64,000 nt of DNA from Mobula hypostoma (taxonomy: Eukaryota): the NCBI RefSeq assembly GCF_963921235.1, contig NC_086097.1, forward strand, positions 116,748,001 to 116,812,000. The letters run 5' to 3'. The notes below the pieces were generated by a model. The model saw only the letters and a program-made list of their open reading frames with translations. It had not been told where the DNA came from and searched no databases. This document shows, one piece after another, positions 50,330-63,643 of this stretch; the stretch's first letter is position 1, and the number at the start of each line of letters is the position of its first letter. The translations under genes were made by a program, and so were the position numbers.

Positions 50330-51565
50330 CATACAATGTGTCTCCAAAGGTCTCTGGACTGATTATACCAAAGGACACAAAGGAAATTGGGAATGTATAA
50401 GTTTGTTCTGCTTGACAGGAATATATAAGAAGCAGAATATAACTTATAAGCTATAGACTAATAAATGTTGATTTTCAGAGAGATCTGGTAGCTCACAGAC
50501 AAGCAGCATAAAGGATTACTACGCAGCCATGATTAGACTATTAGGCAGAACTCCAGAATGGATGGAATACAAGAACAAGTTGTTGAAATTGTATAGGGTT
50601 TTGCTGAAGCCACACCCTGGACTCAGTGCCCTGGTTGGACCTCCATGTCTAAGGAAATGGAGGTAATGGATAGGTGGTTCACTCACTGAATCTTGGGTAA
50701 GTAGATTGCCTAAGGAAGGATTAAACAGAATGGGACTATACTTCCCAGAAATTAGAAGTGTCATGGTGTACGCTCACAGGACTGGACCCAATTGCAGAGG
50801 AATGACAGACTCTCTCAGTCATGGTGTCACTAGCACCGGCTCAACCCAGGTGTGGTGGACGGGAGGCTCACGGCTCGACCCAGGAGTAGAGGAATGGCAG
50901 AAACACCATGAAGAGATAGAAGCAAGAGGTTCGGCATAGGAATACCAACTCAGCCTCAGAAAGACGACTGGACAACACTGCGAAAAAAAATCATTCTCTA
51001 TAACACAGTAGGAGCCCACTAGAGAGCTATCTAGAGACCCCTCTATGTAATCATAGATTGCAGGAACACATGCCAGTCATAATTAACTTGAGAAGATTAA
51101 ACCGAAAGCACAAGGGCTTCATGGTTCTAGTTAAGATAATGATTAGTAAATACAAGTGCTCGAGAAACCTAGATGATCGATGTCTATGGCAAGCTGCAGA
51201 GGCCTGCAGGGCTCATGACAAGAAGAATGGGAGGTGATTTCTTGAATCATATATCCTGAAGAGATTTGTTGAGCGGATGCTTCCAACTGATCCTGTAGGA
51301 CTTGGGAACATTGATTCATTGATTCAGGTAAGGATCAGCCACTCAATATTGACGTGAGAAATTAATTCCCTTCGTAGGTTGGAATATCTGAAACTCTTCT
51401 GCCCAGTGAGCGGTCGACGGTAAAAGCTGTGATATATTTAGGACTATAGGTCATCAAAAATTGAGGGGATTGAGCACAAAATAGAGTTGAGAGTAAAGAT
51501 TAGATCAGTCATGATCTGACTGGCATGAGAGGTCATTCGAATTAATTCTAGCCTTACTTCTTATG
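50330..51565 (+). mobile_element. Old CR1 fragment interrupted by a solo LTR
   Basis: LYRVLLKPH and LGLY-like motifs on either side of the LTR. Confidence 0.55.
50759..51220. mobile_element. Solo LTR
   Basis: TGTCATG...CATGACA termini; 5-bp TSD AGAAG on both sides. Confidence 0.88.
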
Positions 51566-52444
51566 ATGTTCATTCCCGGAACTCACCTCCATTATTTTGT
51601 CCTCAATCCCTCTCAATATCATATCCCTTCTCAAACAACTCCCCATTGTTTCCTCAGTTATTTTTGATTATTTTCTCAACTGTGACTCTGTGCAGTTCTC
51701 TTGTTTCCGCAGTTACCCATAGTGTCTATCCAGCATGAGATCCACCCAAACCCTCCCAAACTAATGTGTACACCTACTCAGCTCCCCTACTGCCCCATTC
51801 ACCCCCCAACAGTAAGAATTAACACGTGCATATCATATGACCTTCTAACTACTTCATTAGTGTGATTTTGCTTTCTGTTGACAAATTGCACTTGCTAAGC
51901 CAACTATTTCAAGACAATGCAAATATTGAAGAAACAGAAACCACCAGTACAATCTTATAATGCTTGTACTGGACTACATCACCCTTTGCTCAATGGCTAT
52001 TCCCTCAGAGTCAGGAAGTTGCGGGTTCAAACAAACTCATCAGGAAACCAGGAAGGCTAAAAGAGACCATAAAATGTCACTAGTGAGTAAGGTTAGGGAG
52101 CCTACCATGGCACTTCATGCATACCCTTAGCAAGCAGGACCACTCAAATAGTAAGGAGAGAACTTAAGCCTGGAGCCTGAGGAATTGTGTAAGGTACTAA
52201 ACGATTACTTTGCATTTGAATTCATAGATTAACCTTTTCATCCTGACTTTCTATTTTTCCTAATTTAGTCAATCCTATGAACATATTAATAGACAGTATT
52301 ATGCCCTTTGTATTGCAGCAGGCTTTCATTAAGTGCTTTATTAAATGGTTTTTGGACATCCAAGTTCACCAGATCCACTGATTCCAGTTTGTCCACCCTG
52401 TTCACCCCACAGAAACATAACAAATAGTTATACAGTCCTGGGGT

Positions 52445-53410
52445 CACAGAAAAGTACAGCACAAAACAGGCCCTTCAGCCCATCTAGTCTGTGCCAAACC
52501 ATTTAAACTACCTACTCCCATCGACCTGCATTGGGACCATAGTCCTCCATACTCCTACCATCCATGTACCTATCCAAACTTTTCTTAAACATTGAAATCG
52601 AGCTCGCATGCACCACTTGTGTTGGCAGCTCATCCCACACTCTCATGACCCTCTGACTGAAGAAGTTTTTCCTCATGTTTCCCCTAAACTTTTCACCTTT
52701 CACCCTTATCCCATGACTTCTAGTTGTAGTTCCACCGAACTTCAGTGGAAAAAGCCGGCTTGTGTTTATTTTGTATACAACTACCATGTCACCCCTCAGT
52801 CTTCTACATTCCAAGGATTAAAGTCCTAAACCTATTCAGTCTTTCCTTATGTTCGTACCTGATGGCATGAACATTGATTTCTCTAACTTCCGCTAATGCC
52901 CCACCTCCCCCTCATACCCCATCCGTTATTTATATACACACATTCTTGCTCTCGCTCTCTCTTTTTTTCTCCATCTGTCCCTCTGACTATACCGCTTGCC
53001 CATCCTCTGGGCTTTTCCCCCCCTCCCCCTTTTCCTTCTCCCCGGGCCTCCTGTCCCATGATCCTCTCATATCCCCTTTGCCAATCACCTGTCCAGCTCT
53101 TGGCTCCATCCCTCCCCCTCCTGTCTTCTCCTATCATTTTGGATCTCCCCCTCCCCCTCCCACTTTCAAATCTCTTACTAGCTCTTTCTTCATTTAGTCC
53201 TGACGAAGAGTCTCGGCCTGAAACATCAGCTGTACCTCTTCCTAGAGATGCTGCCTGGCCTGCTGCGTTCACCAGCAACTTTGATGTGTGTTGCTTGAAT
53301 TTCCAGCATCTGCAGAATTCCTCGTGTTTGCGTTCTTTCCTTATAACCCAAGTCCTCCTGACCTGGCAACGTCCTTGTACATTTTCTCTGTTCTCTTTCA
53401 GATAGCAACA
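52445..53410 (-). mobile_element. CR1 3' fragment interrupted by a Penelope fragment (duplicated at 56853-57818)
   Basis: RRLRGDM..TRSHG..NFFSQRV motif. Confidence 0.85.
52851..53333 (+). mobile_element. Penelope 3' fragment with 11-bp TSD (duplicated at 57259-57741)
   Basis: PDGMNIDFSNFR*; TSD TCTTTCCTTAT at 52840-52850 and 53334-53344. Confidence 0.88.
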
Positions 53411-53856
53411 GTGGTCCATCTGGCCTTTCTCGACTGCTCTGCCATTTAATGTAATCATGCCTAATCTTCTAAATCCAGTAGCCTGTTCCAGTTTTCTCCC
53501 CAAATCCCTTGATCCTTGCAGCCCTATGAATTTTATCACGCTTGTCAAGCACAGTTTTCTTTTCATTAAAACCACATTGATTTTGAATGTGATATAATTT
53601 TCTGAAAATCAGTTGCAGCTTCCCTATTAATAGATTGAAGAGTTTTCCCCACATGTTAAGTTCGGCTAGGTGACTGGTAACTATTTTCAATTACCATTAT
53701 GACTACAACTGTTACTACAGTTACTGCTGTCACTGCTATTACTCTGCAATCTCTTGAGCCGGGTACGATGTTCACCTAAAAGGTCGCCTATTAGTGCTCC
53801 TCAGGAAGCTGAAGAGGACAATCCGAGATATTCATATTTTGGTGCAGTGTGGAAAG

Positions 53857-56036
53857 ACTCGGTGGTGGCTGTGGTTCGTGGACAACACTCGGTGGTGGCT
53901 GTGGTTCGTGGACAACACTCGGTGGCTGTGGTTCGTGGACAACACTCGGTGGCTGTGGTTCACGGACAACACTCGGTGGTGGCTGTGGTTCGTGGACAAC
54001 ACTCGGTAGCTGTGGTTCGTGGACAACACTCGGTGGTGGCTGTGGTTCGTGGACAACACTCGGTGGTGGCTGTGGTTCACGGACAACACTCGGTGGCTGT
54101 GGTTCGTGGACAACACTCGGTGGTGGCTGTGGTTCGTGGACAACACTCGGTGGTGGCTGTGGTTCACGGACAACACTCGGTGGCTGTAGTTCGTGGACAA
54201 CACTCGGTGGTGGCTGTGGTTCGTGGACAACACTCGGTAGTGGCTGTGGTTCGTGGACAAAACTCGGTGGCTGTGGTTCGTGGACAACACTCGGTGGTGG
54301 CTGTGGTTCACGGACAACACTCGGTGGTGGCTGTGGTCCATGGACAACACTCAGTGGTGGCTGTGGTTCACGGACAACACTCGGTAGTGGCTGTGGTTCA
54401 TGGACAACACTCGGTGGCTGTGCTTTCAGGACAACACTCGGTGGTGACTGTGGTTCATGGACAACACTCAGTGGCTGTGGTTCGTGGACAACACTCGGTG
54501 GTGGCTGTGGTTCGTGGACAACACTCGGTGGTGGCTGTGGTTCATGGACAACACTCGGTAGTGGCTGTGGTTCACGGACAACACTCGGTGGCTGTGGTTC
54601 GTGGACAACACTCAGTGGTGGCTGTGGTTCACGGACAACACTCGGTGGTGGCTGTGGTTCATGGACAACACTCAGTGGTGGCTGTGGTTCACGGACAACA
54701 CTCGGTGGTGGCTGCGGTTCACGGACAACACTCGGTGGTGGCTGCGGTTCACGGACAACACTCGGTGGTGGCTGTGGTTCACGGACAACACTCGGTGGCT
54801 GTGGTTCGTGGACAACACTCGGTGGTGGCTGTGGTTCATGGACAACACTCAGTGGTGGCTGTGGTTCGTGGACAACACTCGGTGGTGGCTGTGGTTCATG
54901 GACAATACTCGGTGGCTGTGGTTCGTGGACAACACTCGGTGGTGGCTGTGGTTCATGGACAACACTCAGTGGTGGCTGTGGTTCACGGACAACACTCGGT
55001 GGCTGTGGTTCGTGGACAAAACTCGGTGGCTGTGGTTCGTGGACAACACTCGGTGGTGGCTGTGGTTCACAGACAACACTCGGTGGTGGCTGTGGTCCAT
55101 GGACAACACTCGGTGGCGGCTGTGGTTCACGGACAACACTCGGTGGTGGCTGTGGTCCATGGACAACACTCGGTGGTGGCTGTGGTTCACGGACAACACT
55201 CGGTAGTGGCTGTGGTTCACGGACAACACTCGGTGGCTGTGGTTTCTGGACAACACTAGGTGGTGACTGTGGTTCGTGGACAACACTCAGTGGTGGCTGT
55301 GGTTCGTGGACAACACTCGGTGGCGGCTGTGGTTCATGGACAATACTCGGTGGCTGTGGTTCGTGGACAACACTCTGTGGTGGCTGTGGTTCACGGACAA
55401 CACTCGGTGGTGGCTGTGGTTCATGGACAATACTCGGTGGCTGTGGTTCATGGACAACACTCTGTGGTGGCTGTGGTTCGTGGACAACACTCAGTGGTGG
55501 CTGTGGTTCACGGACAACACTCGGTGGTGGCTGTGGTTCACGGACAACACTCGGTGGTGGCTGTGGTTCATGGACAACACTAGGTGGTGACTGTGGTTCG
55601 TGGACAACACTCAGTGGTGGCTGTGGTTCGTGGACAACACTCGGTGGCGGCTGTGGTTCATGGACAATACTCGGTGGCTGTGGTTCGTGGACAACACTCT
55701 GTGGTGGTTGTGGTTCGTGGACAACACTCGGTAGTGGCTGTGGTTCACGGACAACACTCGGTAGTGGCTGTGGTTCACGGACAACACTCGGTGGCTGTGG
55801 TTCGTGGACAACACTCGGCGGTGGCTGTGGTTCACGGACAACACTCGGTGGTGGCTGTGGTTCATGGACAACACTCAGTGGTGGCTGTGGTTCACGGACA
55901 ACACTCGGTGGCTGTGGTTCGTGGACAAAACTCGGTGGCTGTGGTTCGTGGACAACACTCGGTGGTGGCTGTGGTTCACGGACAACACTCGGTGGTGGCT
56001 GTGGTCCATGGACAACACTCGGTGGCCAACACTCGG
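53857..56036. repeat. 27/30-bp minisatellite, array 1
   Basis: GGACAACACTCGGTG(GTG)GCTGTGGTTC(GT/AC/AT) units. Confidence 0.97.
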
Positions 56037-58159
56037 TCTCAAACAACTCCCCATTGTTTCCTCAGTTATTTTTGATTATTTTCTCAACTGTGACTCTGTG
56101 CAGTTCTCTTGTTTCCGCAGTTACCCATAGTGTCTATCCAGCATGAGATCCACCCAAACCCTCCCAAACTAATGTGTACACCTACTCAGCTCCCCTACTG
56201 CCCCATTCACCCCCCAACAGTAAGAATTAACACGTGCATATCATATGACCTTCTAACTACTTCATTAGTGTGATTTTGCTTTCTGTTGACAAATTGCACT
56301 TGCTAAGCCAACTATTTCAAGACAATGCAAATATTGAAGAAACAGAAACCACCAGTACAATCTTATAATGCTTGTACTGGACTACATCACCCTTTGCTCA
56401 ATGGCTATTCCCTCAGAGTCAGGAAGTTGCGGGTTCAAACAAACTCATCAGGAAACCAGGAAGGCTAAAAGAGACCATAAAATGTCACTAGTGAGTAAGG
56501 TTAGGGAGCCTACCATGGCACTTCATGCATACCCTTAGCAAGCAGGACCACTCAAATAGTAAGGAGAGAACTTAAGCCTGGAGCCTGAGGAATTGTGTAA
56601 GGTACTAAACGATTACTTTGCATTTGAATTCATAGATTAACCTTTTCATCCTGACTTTCTATTTTTCCTAATTTAGTCAATCCTATGAACATATTAATAG
56701 ACAGTATTATGCCCTTTGTATTGCAGCAGGCTTTCATTAAGTGCTTTATTAAATGGTTTTTGGACATCCAAGTTCACCAGATCCACTGATTCCAGTTTGT
56801 CCACCCTGTTCACCCCACAGAAACATAACAAATAGTTATACAGTCCTGGGGTCACAGAAAAGTACAGCACAAAACAGGCCCTTCAGCCCATCTAGTCTGT
56901 GCCAAACCATTTAAACTACCTACTCCCATCGACCTGCATTGGGACCATAGTCCTCCATACTCCTACCATCCATGTACCTATCCAAACTTTTCTTAAACAT
57001 TGAAATCGAGCTCGCATGCACCACTTGTGTTGGCAGCTCATCCCACACTCTCATGACCCTCTGACTGAAGAAGTTTTTCCTCATGTTTCCCCTAAACTTT
57101 TCACCTTTCACCCTTATCCCATGACTTCTAGTTGTAGTTCCACCGAACTTCAGTGGAAAAAGCCGGCTTGTGTTTATTTTGTATACAACTACCATGTCAC
57201 CCCTCAGTCTTCTACATTCCAAGGATTAAAGTCCTAAACCTATTCAGTCTTTCCTTATGTTCGTACCTGATGGCATGAACATTGATTTCTCTAACTTCCG
57301 CTAATGCCCCACCTCCCCCTCATACCCCATCCGTTATTTATATACACACATTCTTGCTCTCGCTCTCTCTTTTTTTCTCCATCTGTCCCTCTGACTATAC
57401 CGCTTGCCCATCCTCTGGGCTTTTCCCCCCCTCCCCCTTTTCCTTCTCCCCGGGCCTCCTGTCCCATGATCCTCTCATATCCCCTTTGCCAATCACCTGT
57501 CCAGCTCTTGGCTCCATCCCTCCCCCTCCTGTCTTCTCCTATCATTTTGGATCTCCCCCTCCCCCTCCCACTTTCAAATCTCTTACTAGCTCTTTCTTCA
57601 TTTAGTCCTGACGAAGAGTCTCGGCCTGAAACATCAGCTGTACCTCTTCCTAGAGATGCTGCCTGGCCTGCTGCGTTCACCAGCAACTTTGATGTGTGTT
57701 GCTTGAATTTCCAGCATCTGCAGAATTCCTCGTGTTTGCGTTCTTTCCTTATAACCCAAGTCCTCCTGACCTGGCAACGTCCTTGTACATTTTCTCTGTT
57801 CTCTTTCAGATAGCAACAGTGGTCCATCTGGCCTTTCTCGACTGCTCTGCCATTTAATGTAATCATGCCTAATCTTCTAAATCCAGTAGCCTGTTCCAGT
57901 TTTCTCCCCAAATCCCTTGATCCTTGCAGCCCTATGAATTTTATCACGCTTGTCAAGCACAGTTTTCTTTTCATTAAAACCACATTGATTTTGAATGTGA
58001 TATAATTTTCTGAAAATCAGTTGCAGCTTCCCTATTAATAGATTGAAGAGTTTTCCCCACATGTTAAGTTCGGCTAGGTGACTGGTAACTATTTTCAATT
58101 ACCATTATGACTACAACTGTTACTACAGTTACTGCTGTCACTGCTATTACTCTGCAATC

Positions 58160-61100
58160 TCTTGAGCCGGGTACGATGTTCACCTAAAAGGTCGCCTATT
58201 AGTGCTCCTCAGGAAGCTGAAGAGGACAATCCGAGATATTCATATTTTGGTGCAGTGTGGAAAGACTCGGTGGTGGCTGTGGTTCGTGGACAACACTCGG
58301 TGGTGGCTGTGGTTCGTGGACAACACTCGGTGGCTGTGGTTCGTGGACAACACTCGGTGGCTGTGGTTCACGGACAACACTCGGTGGTGGCTGTGGTTCG
58401 TGGACAACACTCGGTAGCTGTGGTTCGTGGACAACACTCGGTGGTGGCTGTGGTTCGTGGACAACACTCGGTGGTGGCTGTGGTTCACGGACAACACTCG
58501 GTGGCTGTGGTTCGTGGACAACACTCGGTGGTGGCTGTGGTTCGTGGACAACACTCGGTGGTGGCTGTGGTTCACGGACAACACTCGGTGGCTGTAGTTC
58601 GTGGACAACACTCGGTGGTGGCTGTGGTTCGTGGACAACACTCGGTAGTGGCTGTGGTTCGTGGACAAAACTCGGTGGCTGTGGTTCGTGGACAACACTC
58701 GGTGGTGGCTGTGGTTCACGGACAACACTCGGTGGTGGCTGTGGTCCATGGACAACACTCAGTGGTGGCTGTGGTTCACGGACAACACTCGGTAGTGGCT
58801 GTGGTTCATGGACAACACTCGGTGGCTGTGCTTTCAGGACAACACTCGGTGGTGACTGTGGTTCATGGACAACACTCAGTGGCTGTGGTTCGTGGACAAC
58901 ACTCGGTGGTGGCTGTGGTTCGTGGACAACACTCGGTGGTGGCTGTGGTTCATGGACAACACTCGGTAGTGGCTGTGGTTCACGGACAACACTCGGTGGC
59001 TGTGGTTCGTGGACAACACTCAGTGGTGGCTGTGGTTCACGGACAACACTCGGTGGTGGCTGTGGTTCATGGACAACACTCAGTGGTGGCTGTGGTTCAC
59101 GGACAACACTCGGTGGTGGCTGCGGTTCACGGACAACACTCGGTGGTGGCTGCGGTTCACGGACAACACTCGGTGGTGGCTGTGGTTCACGGACAACACT
59201 CGGTGGCTGTGGTTCGTGGACAACACTCGGTGGTGGCTGTGGTTCATGGACAACACTCAGTGGTGGCTGTGGTTCGTGGACAACACTCGGTGGTGGCTGT
59301 GGTTCATGGACAATACTCGGTGGCTGTGGTTCGTGGACAACACTCGGTGTTGGCTGTGGTTCATGGACAACACTCAGTGGTGGCTGTGGTTCACGGACAA
59401 CACTCGGTGGCTGTGGTTCGTGGACAAAACTCGGTGGCTGTGGTTCGTGGACAACACTCGGTGGTGGCTGTGGTTCACGGACAACACTCGGTGGTGGCTG
59501 TGGTCCATGGACAACACTCGGTGGCGGCTGTGGTTCACGGACAACACTCGGTGGTGGCTGTGGTCCATGGACAACACTCGGTGGTGGCTGTGGTTCACGG
59601 ACAACACTCGGTAGTGGCTGTGGTTCACGGACAACACTCGGTGGCTGTGGTTTCTGGACAACACTAGGTGGTGACTGTGGTTCGTGGACAACACTCAGTG
59701 GTGGCTGTGGTTCGTGGACAACACTCGGTGGCGGCTGTGGTTCATGGACAATACTCGGTGGCTGTGGTTCGTGGACAACACTCTGTGGTGGCTGTGGTTC
59801 ACGGACAACACTCGGTGGTGGCTGTGGTTCATGGACAATACTCGGTGGCTGTGGTTCATGGACAACACTCTGTGGTGGCTGTGGTTCGTGGACAACACTC
59901 AGTGGTGGCTGTGGTTCACGGACAACACTCGGTGGTGGCTGTGGTTCACGGACAACACTCGGTGGTGGCTGTGGTTCATGGACAACACTAGGTGGTGACT
60001 GTGGTTCGTGGACAACACTCAGTGGTGGCTGTGGTTCGTGGACAACACTCGGTGGCGGCTGTGGTTCATGGACAATACTCGGTGGCTGTGGTTCGTGGAC
60101 AACACTCTGTGGTGGTTGTGGTTCGTGGACAACACTCGGTAGTGGCTGTGGTTCACGGACAACACTCGGTAGTGGCTGTGGTTCACGGACAACACTCGGT
60201 GGCTGTGGTTCGTGGACAACACTCGGCGGTGGCTGTGGTTCACGGACAACACTCGGTGGTGGCTGTGGTTCATGGACAACACTCAGTGGTGGCTGTGGTT
60301 CACGGACAACACTCGGTGGCTGTGGTTCGTGGACAAAACTCGGTGGCTGTGGTTCGTGGACAACACTCGGTGGTGGCTGTGGTTCACGGACAACACTCGG
60401 TGGTGGCTGTGGTCCATGGACAACACTCGGTGGCGGCTGTGGTTCACGGACAACACTCGGTGGTGGCTGTGGTCCATGGACAACACTCGGTGGTGGCTGT
60501 GGTTCACGGACAACACTCGGTAGTGGCTGTGGTTCATGGACAACACTCGGTGGCTGTGGTTTCTGGACAACACTAGGTGGTGACTGTGGTTCGTGGACAA
60601 CACTCAGTGGTGGCTGTGGTTCGTGGACAACACTCGGTGGCGGCTGTGGTTCATGGACAATACTCGGTGGCTGTGGTTCGTGGACAACACTCTGTGGTGG
60701 CTGTGGTTCACGGACAACACTCGGTGGTGGCTGTGGTTCATGGACAATACTCGGTGGCTGTGGTTCATGAACAACACTCTGTGGTGGCTGTGGTTCACGG
60801 ACAACACTCGGTGGTGGCTGTGGTTCACGGACAACACTCGGTGGTGGCTGTGGTTCATGGACAACACTAGGTGGTGACTGTGGTTCGTGGACAACACTCA
60901 GTGGTGGCTGTGGTTCGTGGACAACACTCGGTGGCGGCTGTGGTTCATGGACAACACTCGGTGGCTGTGGTTCGTGGACAACACTCGGCGGTGGCTGTGG
61001 TTCACGGACAACACTCGGTGGTGGCTGTGGTTCACGGACAACACTCGGTGGTGGCTGTGGTTTCTGGACAACACTAGGTGGTGGCTGTGGTTTCTGGACA

Positions 61101-63422
61101 ACACTCAGTGGTGGCTGTGGTTCGTGGACAACACTCGGTGGTGGCTGTGGTTTGTGGACAACACTCGGTGGTGGCTGTGGTTCACGGACAACACTCGGTG
61201 GTGGCTGTGGTTCATGGACAATACTCGGTGGCTGTGGTTCGTGGACAACACTCTGTGGTGGTTGTGGTTCGTGGACAACACTCGGTAGTGGCTGTGGTTC
61301 ACGGACAACACTCGGTGGCTGTGGTTCGTGGACAACACTCGGCGGTGGCTGTGGTTCACGGACAACACTCGGTGGTGGCTGTAGTTCACGGACAACACTC
61401 GGTGGCGGCTGTGGTTCATGGACAACACTAGGTGGTGGCTGTGGTTCACGGACAACACTCGGTAGTGGCTGTGGTTCACGGACAACACTCGGTGGCTGTG
61501 GTTTCTGGACAACACTAGGTGGTGACTGTGGTTCGTGGACAACACTCAGTGGTGGCTGTGGTTCGTGGACAACACTCGGTGGCGGCTGTGGTTCATGGAC
61601 AATACTCGGTGGCTGTGGTTCGTGGACAACACTCTGTGGTGGCTGTGGTTCACGGACAACACTCGGTGGTGGCTGTGGTTCATGGACAATACTCGGTGGC
61701 TGTGGTTCATGAACAACACTCTGTGGTGGCTGTGGTTCACGGACAACACTCGGTGGTGGCTGTGGTTCACGGACAACACTCGGTGGTGGCTGTGGTTCAT
61801 GGACAACACTAGGTGGTGACTGTGGTTCGTGGACAACACTCAGTGGTGGCTGTGGTTCGTGGACAACACTCGGTGGCGGCTGTGGTTCATGGACAACACT
61901 CGGTGGCTGTGGTTCGTGGACAACACTCGGCGGTGGCTGTGGTTCACGGACAACACTCGGTGGTGGCTGTGGTTCACGGACAACACTCGGTGGTGGCTGT
62001 GGTTTCTGGACAACACTAGGTGGTGGCTGTGGTTTCTGGACAACACTCAGTGGTGGCTGTGGTTCGTGGACAACACTCGGTGGTGGCTGTGGTTTGTGGA
62101 CAACACTCGGTGGTGGCTGTGGTTCACGGACAACACTCGGTGGTGGCTGTGGTTCATGGACAATACTCGGTGGCTGTGGTTCGTGGACAACATTCGGTGG
62201 TGGCTGTGGTTCATGGACAACACTAGGTGGTGACTGTGGTTCATGGACAACACTAGGTGGTGACTGTGGTTCGTGGACAACACTCAGTGGTGGCTGTGGT
62301 TCGTGGACAACACTCGGTGGCGGCTGTGGTTCATGGACAACACTCGGTGGCTGTGGTTCGTGGACAACACTCGGCGGTGGCTGTGGTTCACGGACAACAC
62401 TCGGTGGTGGCTGTGGTTCACGGACAACACTCGGTGGTGGCTGTGGTTTCTGGACAACACTAGGTGGTGGCTGTGGTTTCTGGACAACACTCAGTGGTGG
62501 CTGTGGTTCGTGGACAACACTCGGTGGTGGCTGTGGTTTGTGGACAACACTCGGTGGTGGCTGTGGTTCACGGACAACACTCGGTGGTGGCTGTGGTTCA
62601 TGGACAATACTCAGTGGCTGTGGTTCGTGGACAACACTCTGTGGTGGTTGTGGTTCGTGGACAACACTCGATAGTGGCTGTGGTTCACGGACAACACTCG
62701 GTGGCTGTGGTTCGTGGACAACACTCGGCGGTGGCTGTGGTTCACGGACAACACTCGGTGGTGGCTGTAGTTCACGGACAACACTCGGTGGCGGCTGTGG
62801 TTCATGGACAACACTAGGTGGTGGCTGTGGTTCACGGACAACACTCGGTAGTGGCTGTGGTTCACGGACAACACTCGGTGGCTGTGGTTTCTGGACAACA
62901 CTAGGTGGTGACTGTGGTTCGTGGACAACACTCGGTGGTGGCTGTGGTTTGTGGACAACACTCGGTGGTGGCTGTGGTTCACGGTTGAGTGTTTTGATTG
63001 TTCAATCCTAGTTTGCAGCTGCGAAAGGGCTGGTGAGATTAAGAGATACGGAGAGATAGCTACTGGATTTAGACTACATTGAATGGCAATGCAGAGAGCA
63101 GCTGCCATTTGCTCTCTGTGGCATTATGGAGATCGCTGTCATGTAGCACAGCTCCCTCTTAAGCAGATTTCCTCCAGGTGTATCTATTGACGGCAATGCC
63201 TTCCCAGTTTTTAGATGCAATGTTGAATTTCTTCAGGCTGATTTTGATGATATCTTTAAAGTGTTTCCTCTGCCCACCAAGGAATCGTTGACCTTCCTTC
63301 AACGGGGTGTACAAGATCTGCTTGGGGAGACTTGAGTTGGGCATTCAGATGATATGACCTGTCAATTGGAGTTGGTCTTGTTTTATCGTGGTAGAGTTCA
63401 CATCCTTACATAATCTTGATCT
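58160..63422 (-). mobile_element. RTE-clade LINE 3' fragment hosting the minisatellite
   Basis: QLQLTGHII, MPNSSLPKQILY..GGQRKHFKDIIKISLK..WRK right of the array; [19 protein letters not shown] (C2H2-finger remnant) left of it. Confidence 0.8.
58265..62984. repeat. 27/30-bp minisatellite, array 2, with higher-order structure
   Basis: Same unit as array 1; internal block repeats. Confidence 0.97.
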
Positions 63423-63643
63423 AAAATGCTGGTGGAACACAGTAGGCCAGGCAGCACCTATTGGAAGGCGTATCTTAAATCTCTTACTATTTCTTCTTTC
63501 AGTTAGTCCTGACGAAGGGTCTTGGCCCAAAACGTCGACTGTACCTCTTCCAGTAGATGCTGCCTGGCCTGCTGCATTCCACCAGCATTTTAGGTGCGTT
63601 GCTTGAATTTCCAGCATCTGCAGATTTCTTTGTGTTTGCGGTT
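63423..63643 (+). mobile_element. Short Penelope terminal fragment with an inverted 5' piece and 13-bp TSD
   Basis: TSD ATAATCTTGATCT at 63410-63422 and 63644-63656; degenerate hammerhead at 63505-63540. Confidence 0.8.

Larger units (their letters stand above)
51629..60430 (+). repeat. 4408-bp tandem duplication (copy 1 51629-56036; copy 2 from 56037)
   Basis: Matching ORFs offset by exactly 4408 (e.g. 52512/56920, 52883/57291). Confidence 0.96.

Noticed and set aside
52883..53575. 230-aa minus-strand ORF, duplicated at 57291-57983
   Set aside because: Chance read-through across the antisense Penelope terminus and a CR1 fragment.
53754..63108. Long repeat ORFs ([30 protein letters not shown]) as structural-protein genes
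   Set aside because: Open in several frames on both strands because unit lengths are 27/30 bp. They lie inside an RTE remnant, have no signal peptide or splice context, and the 751-aa ORF starts at the duplication junction.
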